Positions 19,326 through 27,427 of a stretch of DNA of 64,000 nt are shown here, in pieces; the first letter of the stretch is position 1; each line of letters starts with the position of its first letter. The translations under genes and the position numbers were made by a program. Origin of the DNA: a virus; IMG/VR virus record IMGVR_UViG_3300037483_000793, positions 32,001 to 96,000 of that record, one strand, 5' to 3'. The notes beneath the pieces are model-generated. The model was not told the origin of the DNA. It ran no database searches and was given only the letters and a program-made list of their open reading frames with translations.

Positions 19326-19331
19326 CGGGGA

Positions 19332-20105
19332 ATGAACAATGCGAATGATTGTGCCAGTGCCAGACAAAGATCCACGACGACAGCTCGGAGCCGTCGAAGC
19401 ACTGAGACAGCTCATGCAGACCATCGGAGTACCGTGATGGGTATGGCGCATCAAGCACCCGTCTCGCGCTACAAGCGTCGCTACACGATCAGCACGCACG
19501 CCGTCGATCGCTTCCGCGAGCGTGTTGACCAAGACACCAAGTGCCGACCGCACCACGATCTCGCGAATCTGCTCGACGAGAAAGTGCAGCAGTCCAAGAG
19601 CCAGTACACAGTCCGCGACCCGCGCGCACCGGAGTCGACGACGCAGCTGTTCGCAATCGAGATGCGCGGCGGCACATACTTCGCCGTCGTTCGTGACGAG
19701 ACTGTAATCACCGTGCTCGACGAATCGATGGTCAAGACCAACTACGAAGTGAACTGGAAGCCAGTGCTCAACGCGCCGTTCGCTGACAAGCTCAAGGACG
19801 TGCAGATCGCGAAGCCGCCCGAGAAGTTGGATCAGACACCGAAACAGATCGTCAAGACGCCGATCGATCAAGCGATCCTCGTCGGCGCGTTGCCACTGCC
19901 GGTGAATTCGCCGCCGCTACCAAACCCGCTCGACACCGCAGGCGCGGACTACGCGCGAGCGCTCAAGCGCAAGCGCGATGCGCAACTCGCTGTCGATGCA
20001 GCGAAACAAGCCGTCACGACAGTCGAACAGGCCTTTTTCGACGCCGAGGTCGAGTGCGAGCAGGCACGTCTCGCCCTGTTCACGCTCGCGGAGGGTGCTG
20101 AATGA
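19332..20105 (+). CDS. protein with HAxxRFxER (RelE/DUF4258-like) domain and coiled-coil tail
   Basis: ISTHAVDRFRERV...FAVVRDETVITVL; start may be ATG 19437. Confidence 0.7.
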   Translation: MNNANDCASARQRSTTTARSRRSTETAHADHRSTVMGMAHQAPVSRYKRRYTISTHAVDRFRERVDQDTKCRPHHDLANLLDEKVQQSKSQYTVRDPRAPESTTQLFAIEMRGGTYFAVVRDETVITVLDESMVKTNYEVNWKPVLNAPFADKLKDVQIAKPPEKLDQTPKQIVKTPIDQAILVGALPLPVNSPPLPNPLDTAGADYARALKRKRDAQLAVDAAKQAVTTVEQAFFDAEVECEQARLALFTLAEGAE

Positions 20106-20545
20106 CGATCCCGACGACCAAAGGCGAGTGGATCACCAACGAAGAACAGCTGCAGCGCTGGGTACGCGGTGAATCCGTGCATCGGCAGTTCAAGATGGAG
20201 TTCGTCGACCGTGACGGCGTTACGGTCGTGCGAACGCAGAACATGGACGAGTGCACGCCCGACTTCTCGTGCTGTCGCCCTCAACTGCGCGCGGTGCGCG
20301 CGATTCGTGAAGCGTTTGCAGCCGCGTCCGAGCGTGAACGTCACAAGTTTCTCGGGACGTTCCTGCAAGCCATGCTCGCGGACGCCAGTCTCGCAGAGCA
20401 GGTAAAGGTCGTTGTTGCCGACGTCGTGCGTGAGCGTTTCGTCACCGAGATGATCGCGTTGTCCGGCGAAGACAGCTGTCAGGCGTGTGGTGCACGCTGG
20501 GAAGTTCACGGGCAAACGTGTGCCGGATCGAAGGGACAAGCATGA
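20102..20545 (+). CDS. phage hypothetical protein
   Basis: ATGA overlap; ECTPDFSCC. Confidence 0.7.
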   Translation: MTIPTTKGEWITNEEQLQRWVRGESVHRQFKMEFVDRDGVTVVRTQNMDECTPDFSCCRPQLRAVRAIREAFAAASERERHKFLGTFLQAMLADASLAEQVKVVVADVVRERFVTEMIALSGEDSCQACGARWEVHGQTCAGSKGQA

Positions 20546-20778
20546 GCGACGACAACAACGATCCGAAGTGCGGTGTCTGCGGCGAGCGCCGTAGCGTGCA
20601 CGTTCCGAGCGAGAGCGGCCCACTCACGCACCCGCGCGAAGCGCGCGGCGAGGGTATGTACCGGCTCGTGAGCCCCGGCTGGACGATGTCTGGCGCGATG
20701 GATTCATCGGCGCGCGGGTGGCGTGACGACATCGAGATCCCACCGAGCTACGAGTTCGTGCCGAAGACAGTTGGATGA
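20542..20778 (+). CDS. small Cys/His protein
   Basis: CGVCGERRSVH. Confidence 0.65.
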   Translation: MSDDNNDPKCGVCGERRSVHVPSESGPLTHPREARGEGMYRLVSPGWTMSGAMDSSARGWRDDIEIPPSYEFVPKTVG

Positions 20779-21140
20779 TCTACACCAACTACATCACCGT
20801 CACAGATCGTGTCGCAGCGCAGCTTGTAAAGGTGACCGTCGAACGGATAGGCGGCATCGACATACGTCTTGCCACCGCGAACGGGACGCAGGTCATCGCT
20901 GTACGCATCGCACGCCAAGCAGCGCGACAGGGACTTCTGCCCGCCGATCTCGATCAAGAAGTGGGTGAGGACGTACTGCACGCGATCGCAGCTACGATTC
21001 CCGGACGTTCACTACTCTCCTACGTGAAGTCGACCGATCCATGGACCGGTTATCTACGGCTGCTTCCTGATGAGTGGAAGCACGTGGTCAACGCCGCCGA
21101 ACGACAGCTGGTCGATCAGTGGTCAAGGATCCGACGGTGA
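20775..21140 (+). CDS. hypothetical protein
   Basis: ATGA overlap. Confidence 0.65.
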   Translation: MIYTNYITVTDRVAAQLVKVTVERIGGIDIRLATANGTQVIAVRIARQAARQGLLPADLDQEVGEDVLHAIAATIPGRSLLSYVKSTDPWTGYLRLLPDEWKHVVNAAERQLVDQWSRIRR

Positions 21141-21643
21141 AAGAAGTGCGCCGTTACTCCGACAAGACCATCACAATCGCTGCCAAGTGCATTCGGCGCG
21201 CGTTGCGATTCATTCCGGGGCACGAGCTTTCGGTGCAAGTGCGCGTCGATCGATTGATCGAGTACCTCGTGCGCAACGGCTTTCAGCCTGTCGACCTCGC
21301 GCGCCCTACGGGCGCCGCGGCGCTCGTGGCTATCGCGTCTGCGCTGCCGACGACGACACACAGGCACATCAACATCGACAGCGAAGGGTCGCCGATCCTG
21401 AACACGCCGTACGTGCGCACGAAGCCCGCAATCATGATCGATAGCTTCACCAACGACCTCGCGACGCTGCAGGCGTTGCACGAGACGAAGACGACAAATC
21501 GAGGCCTAGGCTGGGCAGGCATCAACTACAGCGCACTTGAACTTCAAATCGCGGCGCAGCTCGCGCTGACCACGCCTGTGAAGCTCTCGAAGACGTGGCA
21601 GCGCGTCATCGACCGCGTGATGCGAATGCCGGGACTCACGTGA
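21137..21643 (+). CDS. hypothetical protein
   Basis: GTGA overlap. Confidence 0.65.
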   Translation: MKEVRRYSDKTITIAAKCIRRALRFIPGHELSVQVRVDRLIEYLVRNGFQPVDLARPTGAAALVAIASALPTTTHRHINIDSEGSPILNTPYVRTKPAIMIDSFTNDLATLQALHETKTTNRGLGWAGINYSALELQIAAQLALTTPVKLSKTWQRVIDRVMRMPGLT

Positions 21644-22062
21644 ACTTCGAGAACCTGCCGACACTGGAGCAGTTGCGATCGGCCACAGCGACCGATGTCC
21701 AGTGGCGCATCGCGGACATGTGCAACAACGCGATTTGGCCGTACCTGTTACCGCAGAACATGCCGCAACGGATGCCGAAGTGGCTCGGCGAAGGGCGCGT
21801 CGACTTTCAGTTCGTCGCGCGGTTGTGTGCGCAGCTGTCACAGCAAGGACTCGAACCCGCCGATCTCGACAACCCGAACGGGCAAGCGGCCATACAAGCG
21901 ATCACAGCAGCGATCATGGCGTCGGATGACAATCGCTTCGTAATCATGATTCATGACGAGATCTTGATCGAGACGCCGAGCGGCGAGTGGCCCGCCGTCA
22001 TCTTGGCTGCACAGCACCTGCTTCACCGACAACCTCGTCGCTACGCAGTCGATCACGGGTAG
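21640..22062 (+). CDS. hypothetical protein with a DNA polymerase A motif C-like segment
   Basis: FVIMIHDEILIETP. Confidence 0.6.
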   Translation: MNFENLPTLEQLRSATATDVQWRIADMCNNAIWPYLLPQNMPQRMPKWLGEGRVDFQFVARLCAQLSQQGLEPADLDNPNGQAAIQAITAAIMASDDNRFVIMIHDEILIETPSGEWPAVILAAQHLLHRQPRRYAVDHG

Positions 22063-22071
22063 ACTACAGGC

Positions 22072-22236
22072 ATGGCACCTTACATCCTGCTTCTCGCAAT
22101 GCTCACTGGCCTCCTCATGTACCTCCTCGCGTCCAATTCCAAGGCGCAGGACATCGGTCGCATGTTGCTGATCGCGAGCTTTATCGGGCTCATGGTCGCG
22201 CTCGCGCCGTTCACCGTCGCGAAGTTCTTTCACTGA
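22072..22236 (+). CDS. 54 aa two-helix membrane protein (not in ORF track)
   Basis: MAPYILLLAMLTGLLMYLLASNSKAQDIGRMLLIASFIGLMVALAPFTVAKFFH. Confidence 0.7.
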   Translation: MAPYILLLAMLTGLLMYLLASNSKAQDIGRMLLIASFIGLMVALAPFTVAKFFH

Positions 22237-22814
22237 TGGGCATTCTGACGTGGGAGCGCACGGGCGATCTCGTACAGGATTTGAAACTGTATATGGCACA
22301 CCAAGAAGAGATGGCGATTTGGGGGCTCCCTAACTACGTACGTTACCTGCGTGCGATCATCATCAAACTAACGCCGCAGCTTCATCACTGCACCGAGGCC
22401 GTTCTCGACGCCGCTGCTGTCGTGCTCGCAGCGAACGAACCAGCACTGCTGCAGCGGTTCATGACGACGCCGCCGCACGTGCATCCAAAGACGCGTGCGC
22501 TCGTCTCGCGTGAAGCAGCCAATGCAATCTGCGAGGTCATCGGCTGCTGGGCTGGTTGGGACGCACACGCTACCGCCAAGCTCCGTGACAATGATGCAGT
22601 GAACGAACGCGCCAAGGGCGCAGTGCGGCGCATTGAGGGTGACGCGCTCGCTGTTGGGTTGACCCTGAACGATCTCATGGATTGTGCCGTCGATGCGTTC
22701 ACCGACAAAGACATCGACGCAAACCGCCGCGATGCTGCCGTTGCTGCAATGTCTGCTGGGCACTTCAAGCTCGGTAGCCAAATCATCGCCGAAGCGCCCA
22801 GCGACGAGAGCTGA
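22236..22814 (+). CDS. hypothetical protein ending in an AAxxAG helical module
   Basis: TGATG overlap; RRDAAVAAMSAGHFKLGSQII. Confidence 0.65.
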   Translation: MGILTWERTGDLVQDLKLYMAHQEEMAIWGLPNYVRYLRAIIIKLTPQLHHCTEAVLDAAAVVLAANEPALLQRFMTTPPHVHPKTRALVSREAANAICEVIGCWAGWDAHATAKLRDNDAVNERAKGAVRRIEGDALAVGLTLNDLMDCAVDAFTDKDIDANRRDAAVAAMSAGHFKLGSQIIAEAPSDES

Positions 22815-22884
22815 TCGCCGCCGCGATCGTCGAGATCACACCCGCAACACGCTCTTGACAAGTCCCAGCCAAACCGGCTACACG
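22813..22884 (+). promoter_or_regulatory. motif B copy plus sigma70-like promoter TTGACA-18-TACACG
   Basis: GATCGCCGCCGCGATC 22813-22828; CTCTTGACAAGTCCCAGC identical to the 10893 promoter. Confidence 0.65.
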
Positions 22885-22890
22885 CGATAG

Positions 22891-23091
22891 ATGGGCAAGT
22901 TCGAGATTCGCAAGGGACGGACGGGCGCGTTTCGTTTTGTGTTGATCGCCAAGAACGGTGAAGTACTCGCGACCAGCGAGAACTACACGACCAAGGCGAA
23001 GTGTCACAAAGGCATCAACGCCGTGATCGATCTCTTGCTAGGGCTGCCGACGGCATTACCGCCGATCGTCGACACGACGATCAAGAAGTAG
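22891..23091 (+). CDS. YegP/DUF1508 family protein (single domain)
   Basis: KFEIRKGRTGAFRFVLIAKNGEVLATSENYTTKAKCHKGINAV. Confidence 0.88.
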   Translation: MGKFEIRKGRTGAFRFVLIAKNGEVLATSENYTTKAKCHKGINAVIDLLLGLPTALPPIVDTTIKK

Positions 23092-23240
23092 CAACGAGAC
23101 CAAGGAGAACGTCGAGCCTCGGGATAAAGCAACGGCGAAACCGCCCACGGAGTCGACGCCGTGTAGGCACCTCGCTCGCGCAAACAGGTTGATTGGTCGA
23201 CGCCCGAAACCAGACGTGACAGCTTGGAGAGACAGCACTT
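23092..23240 (+). ncRNA. candidate structured intergenic RNA
   Basis: 149 nt gap with CGTCGA/TCGACG stem and GAAA-containing hairpins. Confidence 0.2.
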
Positions 23241-23870
23241 ATGAACATGAGCGACGCCACCGAGTGGCTGAAGATGGCCGTGCAGGACGAAGACGCTGAT
23301 GTCTGGCCACGTATCCGCTGGAAGAACGTCGAGCGTCCTGGCTACTTCGGCAAGCGTCGTGACCTGTCCCATGCACGCTACGATCAGCGGCACGGGCGCC
23401 ACCGCTGGCGTCTCCGCTGGCTGGTCGTGACAACCCCAAGCGCGCAGCCGCTCACGCTCAGCTTCGAGCAAGCGTGCAAGCTGATCTACGAAGAGAGCTA
23501 CTTCCGCTACCTACAGGATCGGCCCGACGATCTCGACTTTATCTGCGAGTTCACGGACTGCATCGACAACGCGCCGACGAACATCCACTCGGGACTCGAC
23601 TACACGGCACAGGAAGCTAGCTCAACACACATTCAGGACATCGCAGTGCGCAACGTGCTCGCGCGGCTCGGTCGTACGTTCACGGGCAATCGCACCGAGC
23701 TTCTCGTGATCCGATCGGCTGACTCGAACGGTTACCGTTTCGGGCCGGGCAACGTACCGCTGTTCGCACCGGATCTCGTCATGCAGCCGTCGCTCGCACC
23801 GTCGTGGGCGAACCCGGGCACCGTCGAGGACTTCTGGCAGTCGAACAAGTGGTTGCAGGTTCACCGATAG
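23241..23870 (+). CDS. hypothetical protein
   Basis: GGAGAG RBS; 209 aa ORF. Confidence 0.7.
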   Translation: MNMSDATEWLKMAVQDEDADVWPRIRWKNVERPGYFGKRRDLSHARYDQRHGRHRWRLRWLVVTTPSAQPLTLSFEQACKLIYEESYFRYLQDRPDDLDFICEFTDCIDNAPTNIHSGLDYTAQEASSTHIQDIAVRNVLARLGRTFTGNRTELLVIRSADSNGYRFGPGNVPLFAPDLVMQPSLAPSWANPGTVEDFWQSNKWLQVHR

Positions 23871-23889
23871 ATCGTGCTAGCCTCGCCGG
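23870..23889 (+). promoter_or_regulatory. -10-like TAGCCT 6 nt before the RF ATG (leaderless-type start)
   Basis: GATC-GTGC-TAGCCT-CGCCGG-ATG, no SD; matches the 3' half of motif B promoters. Confidence 0.4.
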
Positions 23890-24562
23890 ATGCGCAACGC
23901 GGTGATCATCGAGATCCGCGCCGCCGAAGGTGGCGCCGATGCCAAGCTCTTGGTGGAAGAGCAGACGAAGATCTACATCCGGCTGGCAGGCCGGAGGTCA
24001 CTTTGACGTCGAACTCGTAGAGGAACGCAGCGGCCTCACAGTGCTGCGCGTGACCGGCAAGCACGCTGTCGAGACGTTCCAGCACGAGCCCGGCGGCCAT
24101 CGGTGGCAGAGAATTCCACCCACCGAGAAGCGTGGTCGCGTTCAGACGTCGACGATCACGGTAGCTGTCCTGCCTGAGCCTACAGAAGCGCAGATCGTAC
24201 TGCGCGACGGTGATCTCGACTACAAGTTCTGTCGCGGTTCAGGCGCTGGCGGACAGCACAGGAACGTCACGGACAGTGCCGTGGTGCTGACGCACAAACC
24301 GACTGGCGTCGTCGTTCGTTGCGAGAGCGAACGGTCACAGAACGCGAACAAGGAAACGGCACTCGCCGTTCTGCGCGCGCGGATCTGGGAAGTCACGCAG
24401 CTCGCGCTCGACGGCAAGCGTGCCCATCAACGTCGGCAACAGGTCGGCAGCGGCATGCGCGGCGACAAGATCCGGACGATTCGTGTCCGTGACGACGTCG
24501 TGAACGACCACGTGACGGGCCGCCAGTGGAAGTTTCGCGACTACGAACGCGGCAACTGGTAG
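23890..24562 (+). CDS. short class I peptide chain release factor (RF1-type PxT, GGQ, no domain 1), expressed via +1 programmed frameshift; about 223 aa
   Basis: Frame 0 ATG 23890 gives MRNAVIIEIRAAEGGADAKLL...GRRSL then TGA 24004; +1 frame continues DVELVEE...HRWQRIPPTEKRGRVQTST...GSGAGGQHRNVTDSAV...RCESERSQ...GSGMRGDKIRT. Confidence 0.92.
23993..24007 (+). other. prfB/RF2-type +1 ribosomal frameshift cassette
   Basis: GGAGG TCA CTT TGA C: internal SD, 3 nt spacer, slippery CUU-U and weak UGA-C stop, same layout as bacterial prfB (AGGGGG TAT CTT TGA C). Confidence 0.92.
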
Positions 24563-24571
24563 TGTCGACGC

Positions 24572-24799
24572 ATGACGCCGATGCACGGCACCGATCTGGA
24601 AGCGATCGTGACGCTGCTCGAACTCGGTGCGATTGAGCTGACGCCGGACCCGTCGGCGCGCTTCACGTTCGAGCAGCTGCTCGCGGAGGCGCGGCGTTAC
24701 GGCGGCGACGAGATCACGCTCGACGAGCGCGACGTTCGCATCGTGCTCGCGGACATGAAGTCGATCAAGCACGAGCGCGGTCTGTACAAGCTCGTCTAA
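24572..24799 (+). CDS. small hypothetical protein (winged-helix-like)
   Basis: Follows RF; 75 aa. Confidence 0.7.
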   Translation: MTPMHGTDLEAIVTLLELGAIELTPDPSARFTFEQLLAEARRYGGDEITLDERDVRIVLADMKSIKHERGLYKLV

Positions 24800-24870
24800 T
24801 TATGCACGCGTGTAGTCAGCGATAGCGTCGAGCATTTCACGTACCGTCGACGCGCGACGAGCCGGTTATG

Positions 24871-24884
24871 CGGGACTAGTCCCG
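24871..24884. repeat. perfect 14 bp palindrome between convergent genes
   Basis: CGGGACTAGTCCCG. Confidence 0.6.
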
Positions 24885-24885
24885 A

Positions 24886-26145
24886 CTAGACCGGGATCTG
24901 CGCAGCGAGCATCGGATTGAACGCGACGGCTTCGCCAGGCCCACCGGCAGTTCCAGCAGGAGTTGGAATTCCATCGCCAGCGCCGCCTGCGCCGCCACTC
25001 ACGTCGGTCAACCCGAGAAGCGTCATGTTCTCGGTGACAATGAGGATCGAGCCACCCGTACCGCCACCACCACCGCCACCGGGCTCGTTCTCAACCGTAT
25101 CGGCAGCGCCGCCAGCACCGCCGATCGCCCGGATCGATCCGGCGGGCGCGACGATCGTCTTGGCGAAGATCACGAGTGTTCCAGCGCCACCGCCACCACT
25201 GCCGCTACTGCCGCTCACGCCGTTGCCACCACTACCACCGCCGTTGCCGCCACCAATCGCTGTCAACAGTGAGCTGATCGTGATCGCCTGCGACAGCGTG
25301 TATGGCCACGACGGATCAGCCAAGTCGATGCCACCAGCGCCACCCGGTTGCGTCAGGCCGATGGCGCCCGCACCGCCCGTGCCACCCACCCTGGTCGCCG
25401 ACGATTGCGCGGGGCGGTCTGTGCCTCCGATACCAACGTTCCCGGGTCCTGACCCGAAAGGTGGATTGCCTGTCCCGCCGTCGCCGCCGTTGGATGATCC
25501 GATGATCGCGTTCCGGCCGAGTCCCGGCGCAGCCCCCGTGCCACCAGCGCCACCGTTGACGTTGATGTTGCTGCCCGCACCGATCGTGAGCGTGTCCCTG
25601 ACGAAGATCACGACTGCCCGTTGCGTCGCCTGATCCGTGAGACCGCCCACGGTGACACTGTCGCCGGGGCTGATCGTTAGGTTGTCGAAGAACGCGAACG
25701 GTAGCGCCGAACCGACGGGGACTACGGGCGCGCCAGGTGCGCCTGCGAGCGACGTCCATGTTTCGTCACCAGCCGTCACGTAGTCGCCGTACGCACCGTC
25801 GCCATAGATGCTCAGCAGCTGCGACGCCGCGCCGCTACCACCACTGCCGCCCGCGAAGAACAGCGGCGTCAGGCCAATCAACTGCCCCGGCGGTGGGATG
25901 AGCGGCGTGACCGACTCCAGCGTGTGCCAGTATTCGACGTAGACGTTGACGTCCGGATCCGCGCCTGCCAGGCGCGTCGCCGTAACATCGACCGTATCGG
26001 CTGTGATCGTGAAACCGCCTGCGTCGCCGCCGCCGATCTTGGGCATGACCGGCCGACCGTTGACGTTCAGTCGGTGCGGAAGCGATGTGGGCACGCCGAT
26101 AACGAGCCCCGTGAACTGGACGATGTTTTTCAGGATCGTGCCCAT
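24886..26145 (-). CDS. glycine-rich putative virion fibre/surface protein
   Basis: GGxGG repeats alternating with beta-strand motifs (VVIFV, LVIFA, ILIVT); N-domain paralogous to 26460-27080; ATG 26145 follows a TATATT box. Confidence 0.75.
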   Translation of the reverse strand: MGTILKNIVQFTGLVIGVPTSLPHRLNVNGRPVMPKIGGGDAGGFTITADTVDVTATRLAGADPDVNVYVEYWHTLESVTPLIPPPGQLIGLTPLFFAGGSGGSGAASQLLSIYGDGAYGDYVTAGDETWTSLAGAPGAPVVPVGSALPFAFFDNLTISPGDSVTVGGLTDQATQRAVVIFVRDTLTIGAGSNINVNGGAGGTGAAPGLGRNAIIGSSNGGDGGTGNPPFGSGPGNVGIGGTDRPAQSSATRVGGTGGAGAIGLTQPGGAGGIDLADPSWPYTLSQAITISSLLTAIGGGNGGGSGGNGVSGSSGSGGGGAGTLVIFAKTIVAPAGSIRAIGGAGGAADTVENEPGGGGGGGTGGSILIVTENMTLLGLTDVSGGAGGAGDGIPTPAGTAGGPGEAVAFNPMLAAQIPV

Positions 26146-26151
26146 CGGTGT

Positions 26152-26185
26152 AATATACCCCAAAACAGCGATCGCTCACGCGATC
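26152..26185 (-). promoter_or_regulatory. motif B copy plus TATATT -10
   Basis: GATCGCTCACGCGATC 26170-26185; TATATT 6 nt before ATG. Confidence 0.55.
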
Positions 26186-26274
26186 GACGCACGCCAACGT
26201 CATGTCTACACACCCGTTTCCATGCCTCAGCCCCACTACCGCGCGGGTATCGCCCGCGCCTCGTGGAGGCCAAC

Positions 26275-26463
26275 ATGTGGAACAGCAAGCCCAAGAAGTC
26301 AGGATGCGACTGCCGCGGTCGCGCACACGGTAACCCAAAGACGGGCCACGGCCCATGCTACGGCTACAACGACCAGCGTCCCGCCGTCGTACAACGTATC
26401 GCCGGAAAGAAGCTCGTGAAGCGCTGGCTAGTAGCGTGTCGGCTCGATGACGTCGACGACTAG
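26275..26463 (+). CDS. small Cys/His basic protein
   Basis: GGAGG RBS; MWNSKPKKSGCDCRGRAHG... Confidence 0.6.
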   Translation: MWNSKPKKSGCDCRGRAHGNPKTGHGPCYGYNDQRPAVVQRIAGKKLVKRWLVACRLDDVDD

Positions 26464-27080
26464 AAGTTCCTGAACGTCAGGCTGGCGCCGACGCTGAACG
26501 CGAAATCGGTCGGGGCACCCGCTGCGCTGAACGTCCGCACGAGGAGCTGCGAAGTGCTCGCCCACTCGTACGTGATCATGCCCGGCGTCACACCCGTGTT
26601 GAGACCGGGCGCGACGACGACGTTGTCAGTACCGCCGGGGGCAGGCAACGGCACGGTGAGGTTGATCGTGTAGAGACCGGATGCAGGTACGTGCACGATA
26701 CTCGCGACGTTGTACTGTCCAAGCGGCGAACCTGCAGCATCAACATTCGCCTCCATGAACGGAAAGCGATCGCTGCTCGACGCAGGGACGAACGGTCGCG
26801 GAGAGAGGCCTGCAAACGGGTTACCGAAGGCTCGACCGATCTGCCGCGGGATCGAGTGCTTGTGCTCGACCCAGACGTTCGATTGCGTGATCAGCCCGCC
26901 CGTGTTGTTGGTGAACTCGACGATGGTCTCGGTCGCGGACAACCGGATGCCTGCCTGATCAGCCATGAGCAGATCAGGGACCTCGGGCGTACCGTTGATG
27001 TTGATGTTGTGCGGCAGCTGGACGGTCGCGCCGGGTGCCACGTTCGTGAACTGGAGAATCTGAAGAAGCTGCTGCGCCAT
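26460..27080 (-). CDS. putative virion protein, two beta-rich domains
   Basis: N-domain shared with 24886-26145; C-domain with YNVASIVHV...GLYTINL...VRTFS...DFAFSV. Confidence 0.75.
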   Translation of the reverse strand: MAQQLLQILQFTNVAPGATVQLPHNININGTPEVPDLLMADQAGIRLSATETIVEFTNNTGGLITQSNVWVEHKHSIPRQIGRAFGNPFAGLSPRPFVPASSSDRFPFMEANVDAAGSPLGQYNVASIVHVPASGLYTINLTVPLPAPGGTDNVVVAPGLNTGVTPGMITYEWASTSQLLVRTFSAAGAPTDFAFSVGASLTFRNF

Positions 27081-27086
27081 GCCCCG

Positions 27087-27121
27087 AATGTACGCCTTTG
27101 TGGCCGATCGCGCGAGCGATC
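27087..27121 (-). promoter_or_regulatory. motif B copy plus TACATT -10
   Basis: GATCGCGCGAGCGATC 27106-27121; TACATT 6 nt before ATG 27080. Confidence 0.55.
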
Positions 27122-27123
27122 AC

Positions 27124-27354
27124 CTACCAACCGTCGAGCCGGACGAACAGATGAAACGTGCACGGCGGGAACGGACATACGTACGACGGCGAGACCGTAC
27201 CGTCGTCGGCGACCATGTGATTGCGCCCAACCATCGAGACCTTGCCGCAGTTCGGGCACACGCACTCGGCCCAGAACCGCTGCGTCGGCGTCTTCAGGTG
27301 GTATCGCCGCCAGATCTCTGTGATGCGTCGATAGGTACCCGGCTCGGTCGGCAT
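27124..27354 (-). CDS. small zinc-finger protein
   Basis: CPNCG...NHMVADDGTVSPSYVCPFPPCTFHLFVRLDGW. Confidence 0.7.
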   Translation of the reverse strand: MPTEPGTYRRITEIWRRYHLKTPTQRFWAECVCPNCGKVSMVGRNHMVADDGTVSPSYVCPFPPCTFHLFVRLDGW

Positions 27355-27427
27355 CGCACGCGAATCGGCACGACGAAACACGTACACGATCTTCGTGTAC
27401 GCTCGAAGCGTGTTGCAGCGCAAGGAC

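Noticed and set aside
23930-24001. ORF-track start of the release factor (MAPMPSSWWKSRRR...)
   Set aside because: This N-terminus has no RF similarity, whereas the upstream frame from ATG 23890 encodes the conserved domain-2 start and ends exactly at a prfB-type frameshift cassette.
23890-24799. PrfH-RtcB ribosome repair operon
   Set aside because: No rtcB in the window, and the decoding loop is PxT rather than the PrfH-type motif.
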